A stretch of DNA of 64,000 nucleotides. Source: Candidatus Falkowbacteria bacterium. Lineage in GTDB: Bacteria; Patescibacteriota; Patescibacteriia; JAACEG01. The notes below the pieces were generated by a model, which saw nothing but the letters and a program-made list of their open reading frames with translations, did no database searches and was not told the origin of the DNA. Shown in pieces: positions 37,373 through 47,813 of this stretch. The stretch spans positions 6,625 through 70,624 of the forward strand of contig JABIDK010000014.1 in assembly GCA_018651725.1 (NCBI GenBank), given 5' to 3'. Position 1 is the first letter of the stretch. Each line of letters begins with the position of its first letter. Made by a program: the position numbers and the translations under genes.

Positions 37373-39580
37373 ATGGACTTAATAATCGTTGAGTCGCCTA
37401 CTAAGGCGAAAACTATCTCTAAATTTTTAGGAAGTAAATATAAAGTTACTTCTTCTTTTGGACATATCCGAGATTTGCCGAAAAGTACAATGGGAGTTGA
37501 TATTGAGCACAACTTTGAGCCTAAATATGTTATCCCAACAAAAGCTCGGAAGAGAGTTAACGAACTTAAAAAATTAGCAGAGAAAGCCGAGAATATTATT
37601 CTGGCACCCGATGAAGATCGAGAGGGAGAGGCAATCGCGTGGCATTTAGTTGAGGCGCTTGATTTAGAAAAAAAAGATTCTTCAAAAATTAAACGAATTG
37701 TTTTTCACGAGGTAACCAAAACTGCCATTCAAGAGGCTCTTAATAATCCGCGAGAGATAAATCTGGATATGGTTGATGCGCAACAAGCCAGGCGAGTTTT
37801 AGACAGACTGGTTGGTTATGAACTTTCTCCTTTTTTATGGCGTAAGGTTGTGAAAGGTTTATCCGCCGGTCGCGTGCAATCGGTGGCTGTTCGTTTGATT
37901 GTAGAGCGCGAAAGAGAAATTCAAGCCTTTAATAAAGAAGAGTACTGGACAATAGAAGGAGATTTTACCAAAGACAAGGATAATTTTATCGCTAAATTAT
38001 CAAAAATAGATAATAAAACACTTGGGAAGCTTGATATCAAAAATCAAAAAGAAGCAGAAAAAATAGAGCAAGATGTGAACAAGAAAACTTTTAAAGTTTT
38101 GAGCGTTACAAAAAGGGATGGTAAAAAATCTCCGTCGCCACCATTTACTACTTCCTCTTTACAACAACAAGCAAATAATAAATTAGGTTTTTCAGCTAAA
38201 AAAACAATGATGATTGCTCAGCAATTGTATGAAGGTTTGAGCTTGGGAGTGAAGGAGTCTACCGGTCTGATTACTTACATGAGAACAGACAGTTTAAATT
38301 TGAGTGATAAGTTTCTAGGTGAAGCTAAGGATTTTATTTCCAATAATTATGGAAAAGAATATGCGCTTAGTTCTCCGCGTAAATATAAGACAAAACAAAA
38401 ATCAGCCCAAGAAGCTCATGAAGCAATCAGACCAACAGAAGCTTCTAATTCACCGGAAAAAATTAAAGATTATTTAAATTCAGATCAATTTAAATTGTAT
38501 GATTTAATTTGGCGTCGAGCAGTTGCTTCTCAGATGGCGGAAAGCATTATTAAAAGTACCAGAGTAAAAATTATTACCGATGATAATAAATATGAGTTTT
38601 CCGTTAGTGGCAGTATTATTGTTTTTGATGGATTTTTAAAAATTTATCCGGGTCAAACAAAAGAGAAAATATTACCTAATCTTGAGGAAAATGATCCTCT
38701 AAATCTTTTGGAGTTAATCAAAGACCAACATTTTACCGAGCCACCAGCTAGATACAACGACGCCAGCTTGGTAAAAGTTTTAGAAAGCCATGGCATTGGT
38801 CGACCTTCAACTTATGCACCAACAATTAGCACTATTTTAACAAGAGGATATGTGGAGCGTGAGGGGAGAGCTCTTAAACCAAAGGATATTGCTTTTGTAG
38901 TAATTGATTTATTGATTAAACATTTCAATCAGATTGTTGACTATGAATTTACCGCTAAAATGGAAAATTCTTTTGATGAAATTGCCGAGGGCAAGAAAAA
39001 ATGGCAACCTATAATTAAAGATTTTTATATGCCTTTCAAAGAAAACTTAGAACAAAAAGACAAAGAAATTAATAAAAAGGATTTGGGGATGGAGCAAGAT
39101 ACCGATGAAAAATGCGATAAATGCGGTGCCCCAATGATAATTAAAATGGGAAGATTTGGAAAATTTTTGGCTTGCTCAAAATTTCCAGACTGCAAAAATA
39201 CCAAACAAATCAACGAACAAACAGGCGAAATAGAAGAGCCGGAAAAAATAGAAGAGAAATGTGATAAGTGTGGGAAAGATATGGTTATGAAACAGGGTAG
39301 GTTTGGCAACTTCCTAGCTTGCTCCGGCTATCCGGACTGCAAAAATATTAAATCCATAGAAAAAGGAACCGGAGTCGGCTGCCCGGAGTGCGGCAAAGGA
39401 GAAATTATAGAAAAAAAGACCAGACGCGGAAAAACATTTTATGCCTGCAACAAATACCCTGCCTGTAAAAAAGCCTTCTGGAGCAAACCAACCGGTAACA
39501 ACTGCAAAAAATGCGGAGGCCCGCTAGTCTACGGAAAAGGCGAGACTGAAGTTTGTCCGGACAAGGAATGTAAGGGGTAG
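37373..39580 (+). CDS. topA: DNA topoisomerase I with four C-terminal zinc ribbons
   Basis: TOPRIM N-terminus (LIIVESPTKAKTI), active-site Tyr region, repeated CxxC...CxxC ribbons. Confidence 0.95.
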   Translation: MDLIIVESPTKAKTISKFLGSKYKVTSSFGHIRDLPKSTMGVDIEHNFEPKYVIPTKARKRVNELKKLAEKAENIILAPDEDREGEAIAWHLVEALDLEKKDSSKIKRIVFHEVTKTAIQEALNNPREINLDMVDAQQARRVLDRLVGYELSPFLWRKVVKGLSAGRVQSVAVRLIVEREREIQAFNKEEYWTIEGDFTKDKDNFIAKLSKIDNKTLGKLDIKNQKEAEKIEQDVNKKTFKVLSVTKRDGKKSPSPPFTTSSLQQQANNKLGFSAKKTMMIAQQLYEGLSLGVKESTGLITYMRTDSLNLSDKFLGEAKDFISNNYGKEYALSSPRKYKTKQKSAQEAHEAIRPTEASNSPEKIKDYLNSDQFKLYDLIWRRAVASQMAESIIKSTRVKIITDDNKYEFSVSGSIIVFDGFLKIYPGQTKEKILPNLEENDPLNLLELIKDQHFTEPPARYNDASLVKVLESHGIGRPSTYAPTISTILTRGYVEREGRALKPKDIAFVVIDLLIKHFNQIVDYEFTAKMENSFDEIAEGKKKWQPIIKDFYMPFKENLEQKDKEINKKDLGMEQDTDEKCDKCGAPMIIKMGRFGKFLACSKFPDCKNTKQINEQTGEIEEPEKIEEKCDKCGKDMVMKQGRFGNFLACSGYPDCKNIKSIEKGTGVGCPECGKGEIIEKKTRRGKTFYACNKYPACKKAFWSKPTGNNCKKCGGPLVYGKGETEVCPDKECKG

Positions 39581-39609
39581 GATTGTTAAAATATTTAAGA
39601 TTTTTAAAA

Positions 39610-39646
39610 TAAAAAAGAACGACTTTAAAGTCGTTCTTTTTTATTT
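39610..39646. terminator. Bidirectional intrinsic terminator (AAAAAAGAACGACTTTAAAGTCGTTCTTTTTTATTTT)
   Basis: Perfect hairpin with A/T flanks between convergent topA and trxB. Confidence 0.7.
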
Positions 39647-39660
39647 TAAAAAGTATTTTT

Positions 39661-40578
39661 TTATTTTTTCTGCAAGTATTTATAAATTCCGCTGACTGCT
39701 ATGGATCCTTCTGAGGCAGCGGTTATTACTTGGCGGAATTTGTTTGAGGCGGTTGTGATGTCTCCGGCGGCGAAAATGCCCTTTATATTGGTTGATTGGT
39801 CTTCGCTTACTTTAACATAGCCGAATTTGTCTATTTTGAGCCCGAGTTCTTTTGGGAGGGCTAAACTTGGGAGTGATCCGATTTCGATAAATACGCCATC
39901 AACTAAAAGTTCATTTTTTTCTTTATAAGGAGTGTCTAAGGTTATTTCTTCAACTTTTTGATTTCCTTTTATTTCGGTTATATTAGTATTTGAAACTATT
40001 TCGATTTTAGGATTTGTTTTTATTTTTTCTTGCCAAACAGGTTCAGCTGTCATGTTGTCTTTTCTAAAAATCAAATAAACTTTTTTGGCGATTTTTGACA
40101 TATAGTCAGCCGCCATTGCAGCACTGTCAGATCCGCCGGCAACAGCCACTGTTTTATCTTTAAAAAACATTCCGTCACAAGTAAAACAAAAAGAAACACC
40201 TTTCCCGATGAATTTTTCTTCTCCTGGAATAGCCAATTTTCTGTGTCCCATACCGGTAGCGAGTAAAATTGTTTTGGCTGAATATTTTCCATCCTTTTCT
40301 AAATCAACCGTAAAGGTATTGTCTTTTTCTTTTATAATTCCCTGAACCTCTTTTGTGATTATCTCTGCTTCAAATTTTTCTGCATGTTCTTTAAATTTAT
40401 CCATTAACTTTTTACCATCAATACTTAAAAAGCCCGGATAGTTTTCAACTAAATGAGCCTCAGCTATTTGCCCGCCGTGCTCTCTGCCGATAATTAGATT
40501 TTTAATTTTATAACGAGACGCATAAATGGAAGCCGTATAAGCTGCCGGCCCTGCGCCAATGATTATTAAGTCGTACAT
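39661..40578 (-). CDS. trxB: Thioredoxin-disulfide reductase
   Basis: FAD motif IIIGAGPAAYTA, redox CFTC (CxxC) motif, NAD(P) GGGDSA motif, 305 aa. Confidence 0.9.
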   Translation of the reverse strand: MYDLIIIGAGPAAYTASIYASRYKIKNLIIGREHGGQIAEAHLVENYPGFLSIDGKKLMDKFKEHAEKFEAEIITKEVQGIIKEKDNTFTVDLEKDGKYSAKTILLATGMGHRKLAIPGEEKFIGKGVSFCFTCDGMFFKDKTVAVAGGSDSAAMAADYMSKIAKKVYLIFRKDNMTAEPVWQEKIKTNPKIEIVSNTNITEIKGNQKVEEITLDTPYKEKNELLVDGVFIEIGSLPSLALPKELGLKIDKFGYVKVSEDQSTNIKGIFAAGDITTASNKFRQVITAASEGSIAVSGIYKYLQKK

Positions 40579-40602
40579 AAATTTTTAATTATGAATAGTA
40601 AA

Positions 40603-41697
40603 TTATGAATTATTTTTTTTGTTTTCTAAATACCCGGCTATTATTGCTGTTAGCGGGATAGATAGAATTAATCCAATACTGCCGGCGATTGAGCGGATTA
40701 TTTCTTCGGCAATAAAGTTAAAGTTTAAAAATTTTAAATAAGACTCTCCATATTGGTTAAATAATAATAGTAAAAATAACGACGATCCAACATAAGCAAA
40801 GATTAAAGTGTTTGACATTGTCCCCATTATATCGCGACCAACGTTCATGCCTGATTTTATTAAATCAATTTTTTTAATTTCAGGGTGAGCTTTTTTTACC
40901 TCTGCTATTGTAGAAGATATCGACATCGCCACATCCATTACAGCACCAAGCGAGCCAATAATAATTCCGGCAAGAAGTAAACCTTTAAAATTTAAGTGAG
41001 GATAACTTGCAAAAAGAGCACGGGCATGTTCGTCGGAAAGACCGGTTAAATGTGTGTATTTACTAAATAAAATCGCTAAAATTGTGGCTACTAAAACTCC
41101 GCCCACAGTTCCTAAAATAGAGGCCAATGTTTTTTTCTTAAATCCACTGATTAAAGTTAAAGTAACAATAGCAATAATAGAAGAAATAACAAGAGCAAGT
41201 AAAATCGGGCTGGTGCCGGATAAGGCTTTTGGAATAAATAATTTAAAAATTAAAACAATGGAAACCGCTAAACTGATTATGGCTTTTAAACCTTGTTTGC
41301 CCCCGATTAAAAAAAGCGTTAGTAAAAATAAAACAATTAAAAAGATAAGGGTTGGCAAAACATAAAAGCTTTGTATTTGAGCCGTGTATTTACTGCCTTC
41401 TATTTCTTCTATGTAGACTAAAATTTTATTTCCTTGATCAACTTTTAAGCTCAACGGATTTGACGATAGAGTATTTTCTATTTCTTTTACATCCCCTTTA
41501 TGCTCTCCGCTTAATATTTCAACTTTAATTTTTTGTTTACTAATTACTTCGCTGTCAGTTTTTTCAACAACTTCTTCAACGCTTATAACCCGAGCTTTTT
41601 CATACGCAGTTTTAATCTGTTCTTCATTTTGGGCGAGGGTAGGCGAGACGAGAAAAATATTAAATATTAAAAATAGCAAAATGAATATTTTTTTCAT
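40603..41697 (-). CDS. YibE/F-like integral membrane protein (signal peptide, ~110-aa extracytoplasmic domain, 7 TM)
   Basis: Topology and size recall the YibE/F family; tentative. Confidence 0.4.
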   Translation of the reverse strand: MKKIFILLFLIFNIFLVSPTLAQNEEQIKTAYEKARVISVEEVVEKTDSEVISKQKIKVEILSGEHKGDVKEIENTLSSNPLSLKVDQGNKILVYIEEIEGSKYTAQIQSFYVLPTLIFLIVLFLLTLFLIGGKQGLKAIISLAVSIVLIFKLFIPKALSGTSPILLALVISSIIAIVTLTLISGFKKKTLASILGTVGGVLVATILAILFSKYTHLTGLSDEHARALFASYPHLNFKGLLLAGIIIGSLGAVMDVAMSISSTIAEVKKAHPEIKKIDLIKSGMNVGRDIMGTMSNTLIFAYVGSSLFLLLLFNQYGESYLKFLNFNFIAEEIIRSIAGSIGLILSIPLTAIIAGYLENKKNNS

Positions 41698-41728
41698 GGA
41701 TTTTATTTTATAAAATTTGTAGCCCCAA

Positions 41729-41800
41729 GGGGAATCGAACCCCTGTTTTCAGGATGAGAACCTGATGTCCTAACCACTAGACGATGGGGCCAAGATTATT
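41729..41800 (-). tRNA. tRNA-Glu (anticodon CTC), no encoded CCA
   Basis: Reverse complement identical to the 28999 tRNA-Glu except T34C in the anticodon (TTCTCAT loop) and absence of 3' CCA. Confidence 0.9.
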
Positions 41801-42491
41801 CCTCGTCTCCTCCAAATCTTCTATTTCTTTTTTCAAACCATTCAACAGCTTCATCTAGGTTTTTTTCTTTAAAACCGGGCCAGCAAACAGAAGGGAAATA
41901 TAGTTCGCTGTATGAAGCTTGCCATAAAAGAAAACCGGAAAGACGTTGTTCCCCGGAGGTTCTTATTATCATATCAGGATCCGGCAATTCAGAGGTGTAT
42001 AAATTATTATTTATTGTTTGTTCGGTGATTTTTTCTAAAGGTATTTTTTCTTTAATAATTTTTTTAACTGCCTTAACTATTTCTAATCTACCACCGTAAT
42101 TTATAGCAATATTCAAAAGACCTTTAGTACAATTTTTTGTCTTTTCTTCCATGTTTGAAATAGCGTTTTGTAAGTCTTGAGATAATCTTGATTTTTCCCC
42201 GATAACCTTAACTTGTATTCCTTTTTCTTTGAAATATTTTACCTCTTTTATCATGCCTTTTTTAAGAAGGTTCATTAAATAATCAACTTCTTTCTTGCTT
42301 CTGCTCCAGTTTTCAGTAGAAAAAGCATAGACAGTTAAAATGTCTATGCCTCTATTAATGCACCATTCCCCAACTTGTTTAATTTTTTCGTAACCTTTCT
42401 TATGCCCGATAAGAGTTGGCAGTCCTTTGCTTTTTGCCCAGCGCCTGTTTCCATCTAAAATAATACCAAGATGTTTTAACTTTTTAGGCAT
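41796..42491 (-). CDS. uppS: Undecaprenyl-diphosphate synthase (cis-isoprenyl transferase)
   Basis: HLGIILDGNRRWA N-terminal motif, 231 aa; stop overlaps tRNA 5' end by 5 nt. Confidence 0.9.
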   Translation of the reverse strand: MPKKLKHLGIILDGNRRWAKSKGLPTLIGHKKGYEKIKQVGEWCINRGIDILTVYAFSTENWSRSKKEVDYLMNLLKKGMIKEVKYFKEKGIQVKVIGEKSRLSQDLQNAISNMEEKTKNCTKGLLNIAINYGGRLEIVKAVKKIIKEKIPLEKITEQTINNNLYTSELPDPDMIIRTSGEQRLSGFLLWQASYSELYFPSVCWPGFKEKNLDEAVEWFEKRNRRFGGDEE

Positions 42492-42494
42492 AAT

Positions 42495-42650
42495 TTATTT
42501 GGTTTCTTTGTGAGGGGTGTGAGCCTTGCAGTGCTTGCAATATTTTTTTAACTCTAAACGGTCTTTAATAATTTTTTTGTTTTTACGAGAATGATAGTTA
42601 ATTCGGTGACACTTGGTACACTCAAATTTTATCAAATTATCTTGAGACAT
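42495..42650 (-). CDS. rpmG: 50S ribosomal protein L33 (not in ORF track, 51 aa)
   Basis: Hand translation of minus strand: [51 protein letters not shown]; CxxC...CxxC zinc ribbon typical of L33. Confidence 0.8.
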   Translation of the reverse strand: MSQDNLIKFECTKCHRINYHSRKNKKIIKDRLELKKYCKHCKAHTPHKETK

Positions 42651-42683
42651 AGATTTGTTTATTTTTTAATTTATAAATTAGGG

Positions 42684-42756
42684 AGCCACCCGTCGGATTC
42701 GAACCGACGACCTATTGTTTACAAAACAATTGCTCTAACCAGCTGAGCTAGGGTGG
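42684..42756 (-). tRNA. tRNA-Thr (anticodon TGT)
   Basis: Acceptor GCCACCC/GGGTGGC, D-arm GCTCAGCTGGTTAGAGC, anticodon stem-loop ATTGT-TTTGTAA-ACAAT, T-arm GTCGGTTCGAATCCGAC. Confidence 0.8.
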
Positions 42757-42761
42757 CAAGT

Positions 42762-42837
<76 letters not shown>

Positions 42838-42850
42838 TTTTTTGGGTTAT

Positions 42851-43305
42851 CTATTTTTCCCCGACGCTTTTGTAGATACTTCCCAGTACGCCGTTAACGA
42901 ATCTTCCCGATGCTTCTCCTCCGAATGTTTTCGCCAGCTCTATTGCTTCGTTTATTGCTACTTTAGCGGGGATGCTGTTGTCGTACATAAGCTCATAAAC
43001 TCCGATCCTAAGCACATTTCTGTCTATGTTCGTGATTTGTTCTATTGGCCATTCCGGGGCATATTTTGCCAGGGTTTGGTCTATTTTTTCAATATTACTT
43101 ATAACACCCTCTATAATATTTTCAATAAATTTTTTTTCGCTCGTTCCTGGCGCAAAATCCTGAATATTTCTTTCGCTTAATTCTTCTATTTTTTTAAGGA
43201 TTGCTTTGTCTTTAAATTTTTTGTAATCAGAAGAAAACGACTCTCTAAAATCAAGTTGATAAAGAGTTTGCATAGCTACCGTACGACCAAGATGACGACT
43301 AGACA
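42851..43305 (-). CDS. nusB: Transcription antitermination factor NusB
   Basis: [20 protein letters not shown] start typical of NusB; ORF-track N-terminal extension overlaps rpmF and is spurious; ATG at 43305. Confidence 0.75.
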
Positions 43306-43310
43306 TAATT

Positions 43311-43547
43311 TTATTTATTATCTTCTTTGTTTTCCTTGTCCGTTGGAGTTTTAGCGGAAGCGGATTTTTTAATTTTTTGAACCAATACTTGTTTTCCTTT
43401 ATAGGTTCCGCAGTTTCCACAAACGGTGTGTGTTAGAATTTTTTCTTTACATTTTGGACAAGTTGCTAATTTGATTTTTTTTAACGCATCATGAGACTGT
43501 CTATTTTTGACAGATGATCTTGTGCGTCTTTTTTTCGGTACAGACAT
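43311..43547 (-). CDS. rpmF: 50S ribosomal protein L32 with C-terminal extension
   Basis: [22 protein letters not shown]... canonical bL32 N-terminus plus CxxC...CxxC ribbon. Confidence 0.85.
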   Translation of the reverse strand: MSVPKKRRTRSSVKNRQSHDALKKIKLATCPKCKEKILTHTVCGNCGTYKGKQVLVQKIKKSASAKTPTDKENKEDNK

Positions 43548-43618
43548 AGATAAAATTTTAAAAATTTAACTTGATAACAATATTAACAGATAAAATAAAA
43601 AAAGCAAGAGGGGATTGA

Positions 43619-46135
43619 TTAAATCAACGTTACATTCGCTACTATATCTTCTTCTTTTTTGAATTTCATTAAACGAACTCCTTGAGTTGACCTGCCAAGT
43701 AGATTGACTGATTTTAGCGGTAAACGAATAATTTGACCGGCGTTTGAAATAATAATCAAGTCTTCATCCAAAGATTTGGAGTTGATAATTTTCATAGATA
43801 CCAATGGCCCGGTTTTCTTTGTTACTTTTGATGTTTTTATACCACTGCCACCGCGTGATTGTACGCGATATTCTGTTAGCTTACTTCTTTTTCCAACTCC
43901 GTTTTGACTTATTATAAATACATGTAAATCATTTTCTTTTATTGAGTTATCAATAACATCCATTCCAATAACATTATCGTCTCCTTTAAGTTTTATACCC
44001 CTTACCCCGCTGGCGGTTCTTCCCATTCCACGAATGCCTTTTTCTTTAAACTTGATTGCCTGTCCATTTGTAGTAGCAATAATAATTGAATCTTTCCCTG
44101 TTGATGGTTTTACCCACTTTAGTATATCTTCTGGTCTTAGTTTTATTGCAATTAATCCGCTTCTTCTAACGTTTTTAAAGTCATTTATAGCGACTTTTTT
44201 AATAACCCCCATCTTGGTTTGCATAACAAGATATTCATAGTTTTCAAGCTCGTCTAAAGGAAGAACAGCCGAAACAGATTCGTGCGGCCCAAGTTGTAAA
44301 AAGTTAACAATTGCTTGTCCTTTTGATTGTCTGGAGCTGGTTGGAATATCGTAGCACTTTAACTGAAAGACTCTTCCCTTAGTAGTAAAGAATAGTAAAT
44401 CAGAGTGGGTGGTTGTTGTGAAAAAGTGTTTTACTAAGTCTTCTTCTTTTGTTGTTAACCCGATTACACCCTTTCCTCCGCGCGCTTGGGATTTAAATAT
44501 ATCCGGTGAAAGTCTTTTAATATAACCATCGCGAGTGATAATAACAATCGCTGGCTCATTTGGAACCAAATCTTCAGCAGAGAACTCTCCGACTGCTCCG
44601 GCAATAACCTTTGTTCTTCTTTCGTCAGAGTATTTTTCTTGAATTTCAGCTAGCTCATCTTTTACAATTTTTAACATTAATTTTTTAGAGGCCAATATCT
44701 TTCTTAGTTCTTTAATTATTTTTTTCTTTTCTTTTAGTTCATCCTCAATCTTTAATCTTTCCAAGTTAGCCAAATTTTGCAGCTTCATTTCCAAGATAGC
44801 GATACACTGTCTTTCTGATAATTTGAATTTTTTCATCAAATTGTCTTTGGCTGTTTCTTTATCTTTTGACTTTTTAATTACTTTAATTACAGCATCGATT
44901 TTATCAAGAGCAATTTTTAAACCCTCTAAAATATGAGCTCTGTCCAAGGCTTTTTTAAGTTCATACTCACATCTTCTCTTCACTACAATTTCTCTGTGTT
45001 TAATATATTCTTCTAAAGCGGTTTTTAGATTCAGCACTTTTGGTTGCAAGCCATCGATAAGAGCAAGCATGTTAAAGTTAAAGCTGTCTTGCAGTTGCGT
45101 TAATTTGAAAAGTCGATTTAATATTTTCTTTGGATAAGAATCTTTTTTAAGATCAATAACAATTCTTAGTTCTTTTAATCCCTTTGATTCATCTCGTAGA
45201 TCTTTAATGCCCTCTATTTTTTTGTTTTTTACAAGGTCGGCAATTTTTTCAATTAAGTTGGCTTTGTTCACTTGATAGGGGATCTCTGTGACAATAATTT
45301 GAAATCTATTAGTTTTTACTTCAACTATTTCAGTTTTAGCTCTCACTATCACTCTGCCTCGTCCGGTAGCGTAAGCCTCTTTAATATCTTTTTTATTATA
45401 AATTATTCCACCGGTTGGAAAGTCAGGACCTTTTACAAATTCAGTTAAATCTTTCGCGCTTGCTTTTGGGTTATCTATTAAATGATTTATGGCTTGGATT
45501 AACTCTTCTAAGTTATGGGGTGGAATATTAGTTGCCATTCCAACAGCAATACCAAGTGTTCCGTTTAATAAAAGCAAAGGAAGTTTAGAGGGTAAAACTC
45601 TTGGCTCATTGTGACTACCATCAAAGTTTGGCACAAAATCAACTGTTTCTTTTTCAATATCTTGCAAGGTTTCATCGGCTATTTTTTGCAGTTTTGCTTC
45701 CGTGTATCTGTAGGCAGCCGGGTTGTCTCCGTCCATAGAACCGAAGTTTCCCTGGCCATTAATCAAGGGGTAGCGCATAGAAAAATCTTGCGCCATTCTA
45801 ACCATACTATAGTAGACAGCTAAATCTCCATGTGGGTGATATTTACCTAAAACTTCTCCAACTACAGTCGCTGATTTTCTGAATTTTGCAGTCGATCTTA
45901 ATCCGCTAGTCCACATAGAATAAAGAATTCTTCGATGCACCGGCTTCAAACCGTCGCGAACATCTGGCAGAGCTCGAGCAACAATAACACTCATAGCATA
46001 GTCAAGATACGAAGTTTTCATTTCTTCGGTAATAGCTAAGTCTTCTATATTTTCTTGTTTATTCTTTGTAGTTTCATCGGAAGAAGGTTTATTTTCCTCT
46101 TCTCTCGGTGTTTTTTCTTTGTTATTTTTAGGCAT
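43619..46135 (-). CDS. gyrA: DNA gyrase subunit A
   Basis: Active-site Tyr region ([10 protein letters not shown]), QRDR-like [17 protein letters not shown], six-bladed C-terminal pinwheel repeats; 838 aa. Confidence 0.95.
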   Translation of the reverse strand: MPKNNKEKTPREEENKPSSDETTKNKQENIEDLAITEEMKTSYLDYAMSVIVARALPDVRDGLKPVHRRILYSMWTSGLRSTAKFRKSATVVGEVLGKYHPHGDLAVYYSMVRMAQDFSMRYPLINGQGNFGSMDGDNPAAYRYTEAKLQKIADETLQDIEKETVDFVPNFDGSHNEPRVLPSKLPLLLLNGTLGIAVGMATNIPPHNLEELIQAINHLIDNPKASAKDLTEFVKGPDFPTGGIIYNKKDIKEAYATGRGRVIVRAKTEIVEVKTNRFQIIVTEIPYQVNKANLIEKIADLVKNKKIEGIKDLRDESKGLKELRIVIDLKKDSYPKKILNRLFKLTQLQDSFNFNMLALIDGLQPKVLNLKTALEEYIKHREIVVKRRCEYELKKALDRAHILEGLKIALDKIDAVIKVIKKSKDKETAKDNLMKKFKLSERQCIAILEMKLQNLANLERLKIEDELKEKKKIIKELRKILASKKLMLKIVKDELAEIQEKYSDERRTKVIAGAVGEFSAEDLVPNEPAIVIITRDGYIKRLSPDIFKSQARGGKGVIGLTTKEEDLVKHFFTTTTHSDLLFFTTKGRVFQLKCYDIPTSSRQSKGQAIVNFLQLGPHESVSAVLPLDELENYEYLVMQTKMGVIKKVAINDFKNVRRSGLIAIKLRPEDILKWVKPSTGKDSIIIATTNGQAIKFKEKGIRGMGRTASGVRGIKLKGDDNVIGMDVIDNSIKENDLHVFIISQNGVGKRSKLTEYRVQSRGGSGIKTSKVTKKTGPLVSMKIINSKSLDEDLIIISNAGQIIRLPLKSVNLLGRSTQGVRLMKFKKEEDIVANVTLI

Positions 46136-46159
46136 AATATTTTATAATTTGAAGTAAAA

Positions 46160-46190
46160 TAAAAAAAACGGCTTCCGTTTTCTTTATTTA
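46160..46190 (-). terminator. Intrinsic terminator (AAACGG-CTTC-CGTTT + T-run on minus strand) after 46201 gene
   Basis: Hairpin plus T-run on minus strand. Confidence 0.5.
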
Positions 46191-46200
46191 ATTTACCATG

Positions 46201-46569
46201 TTATTGTTGATTTGGCAAGAGAGGAGGAGTAGTGCTTGTATTTAATAAAAGTTCTTGCTCCAATCTTACTTTCATCTCTTGCATCATTTTTTCTTCTTTT
46301 TCGTTTAGAATAATATCCGCTCTTTGTTTGTTATTTTTTTGTTCGGTATTTTCTTTGAGTTCTTGTTTTATGTTGTTTATTTGATTTTTTATTTCGGTTA
46401 TTTGGGTTGATTTATTTTCAGAAGGTTTATTTTTCTTATGATTAAACTTTAAATTATAAGAAAAGCCGTACAACCAAGATAAAAAAATAACAAAACCAAT
46501 AACAGCAACACTTATAAAAAGTATTTTTTTCTTTTTTTCTTCAATAGAGCGACTATTTTTTTTAGACAT
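46201..46569 (-). CDS. Hypothetical single-TM coiled-coil protein (FtsB/DivIC-like septum protein?)
   Basis: N-terminal basic segment, one TM, Q/E/K-rich coiled coil; tentative. Confidence 0.3.
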   Translation of the reverse strand: MSKKNSRSIEEKKKKILFISVAVIGFVIFLSWLYGFSYNLKFNHKKNKPSENKSTQITEIKNQINNIKQELKENTEQKNNKQRADIILNEKEEKMMQEMKVRLEQELLLNTSTTPPLLPNQQ

Positions 46570-47216
46570 TATTTTTTATTTAAAATTATCACTTTATTTT
46601 CTTCGTTCGGAAGATTTTTTTTGTTTATTTTAAATTTGTCAAAAGTTTCTTCTCCATTATGTCCAAGTTCTTTAATAAATCCGTTTACCCCATCTAATTT
46701 TTCTTTACTCCCCGGGATTTTATAGTACATTGGAATTATAATTCTAGGTTCAATTTGGTTGATTATTTCAATGGCTTGTTTAGCGTTGATTACTTTGTTT
46801 CCGCCCACAGGAACCATTAAGACATCCACGTTTTGTATTTTACTTAAAATATCTCCCTCCGGAAGAGATGTAAGTTCTCCAAGATGAATAAGATGAACCC
46901 CTTCTATCTCCAGAGAAAAAATAATATTTTTCCCTTGTTTTTTTTCTGTGTTTTCAGCGCTATTTATTCCTGCAATAAAGTTATTTTTGATTTCAAACTC
47001 TCCAGGACTGTTCACTGTAAAGGCCGCTGTATTTTTTGTGATGTTATTGTCTAGGTCATCGCATCCTAACAAAAAAATATCAGCTTTTAATTTTGATAAT
47101 TTAAGCCCTGTTTTTTTAGGATCAAACGGGTTAATAACAACAGTTATTTCCTCTGTACTTTCTCTGGGTTTGCTTTTTACAGTAAAACAAGACTGCCCAT
47201 GCCAAATAATTTGCAT
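46569..47216 (-). CDS. Metallo-beta-lactamase-fold hydrolase (UPF0173-like)
   Basis: MQIIWHGQSCF N-terminus and MBL fold pattern, 215 aa. Confidence 0.65.
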   Translation of the reverse strand: MQIIWHGQSCFTVKSKPRESTEEITVVINPFDPKKTGLKLSKLKADIFLLGCDDLDNNITKNTAAFTVNSPGEFEIKNNFIAGINSAENTEKKQGKNIIFSLEIEGVHLIHLGELTSLPEGDILSKIQNVDVLMVPVGGNKVINAKQAIEIINQIEPRIIIPMYYKIPGSKEKLDGVNGFIKELGHNGEETFDKFKINKKNLPNEENKVIILNKK

Positions 47217-47237
47217 AATTTTTTGTTTAAGTATATT

Positions 47238-47705
47238 TTAATCTATTAATAAATCTATTACTTTTCCTTTATGCGGTATTTCATGATCAATTTTTTTATC
47301 GTCTATCTGATTACCACTGTTTTTAGCAGTGTTTGCCGCGCCATATAAACTTGATCTATCAACTTTTCTTAAATTTTCCAATCTTTCAGACATTTTACTT
47401 CTACTTTGCCCATATTCTTTAAGACGATGTTTTTCCTCCTTGCCGGCATGCGAAAGAGCTACTCCAAGTCTTCTTTTGTTAAGATAGAAGCCTTTTTCGT
47501 GTGTATCTTGTAATAATTGCTTTATTTGAGATTTTTTTAATTTGACATTTCCAATTTTTGATGTTATTTGTTTTGCTTCTGGGGTTTTTAATTTTTGATA
47601 AAAGCTTTTTACTTCACGGTTTGTTTTTCCGCTAGCTTTTTTAATAATGCCCAAGGCAGTTTTTGTGCCAACCTGTTTAAAGGGGATGTTAATATTTTGA
47701 AGCAT
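47238..47705 (-). CDS. Hypothetical basic protein (155 aa, K-rich)
   Basis: ORF only; no motif recognised. Confidence 0.35.
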   Translation of the reverse strand: MLQNINIPFKQVGTKTALGIIKKASGKTNREVKSFYQKLKTPEAKQITSKIGNVKLKKSQIKQLLQDTHEKGFYLNKRRLGVALSHAGKEEKHRLKEYGQSRSKMSERLENLRKVDRSSLYGAANTAKNSGNQIDDKKIDHEIPHKGKVIDLLID

Positions 47706-47813
47706 AGCTAATTTTTTTAGGATTAATTTATAGTTAGTAATTTTATAGTACTATTTTTGGTTTTGTTTGTCAAAAGACAATAATTATGGTGTAATAAATT
47801 TAATATTATTTAT

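Noticed and set aside
41054-41365. Plus ORF 41054..41365 inside the YibE/F-like gene
   Set aside because: Antisense to a membrane-protein gene with consistent hydropathy
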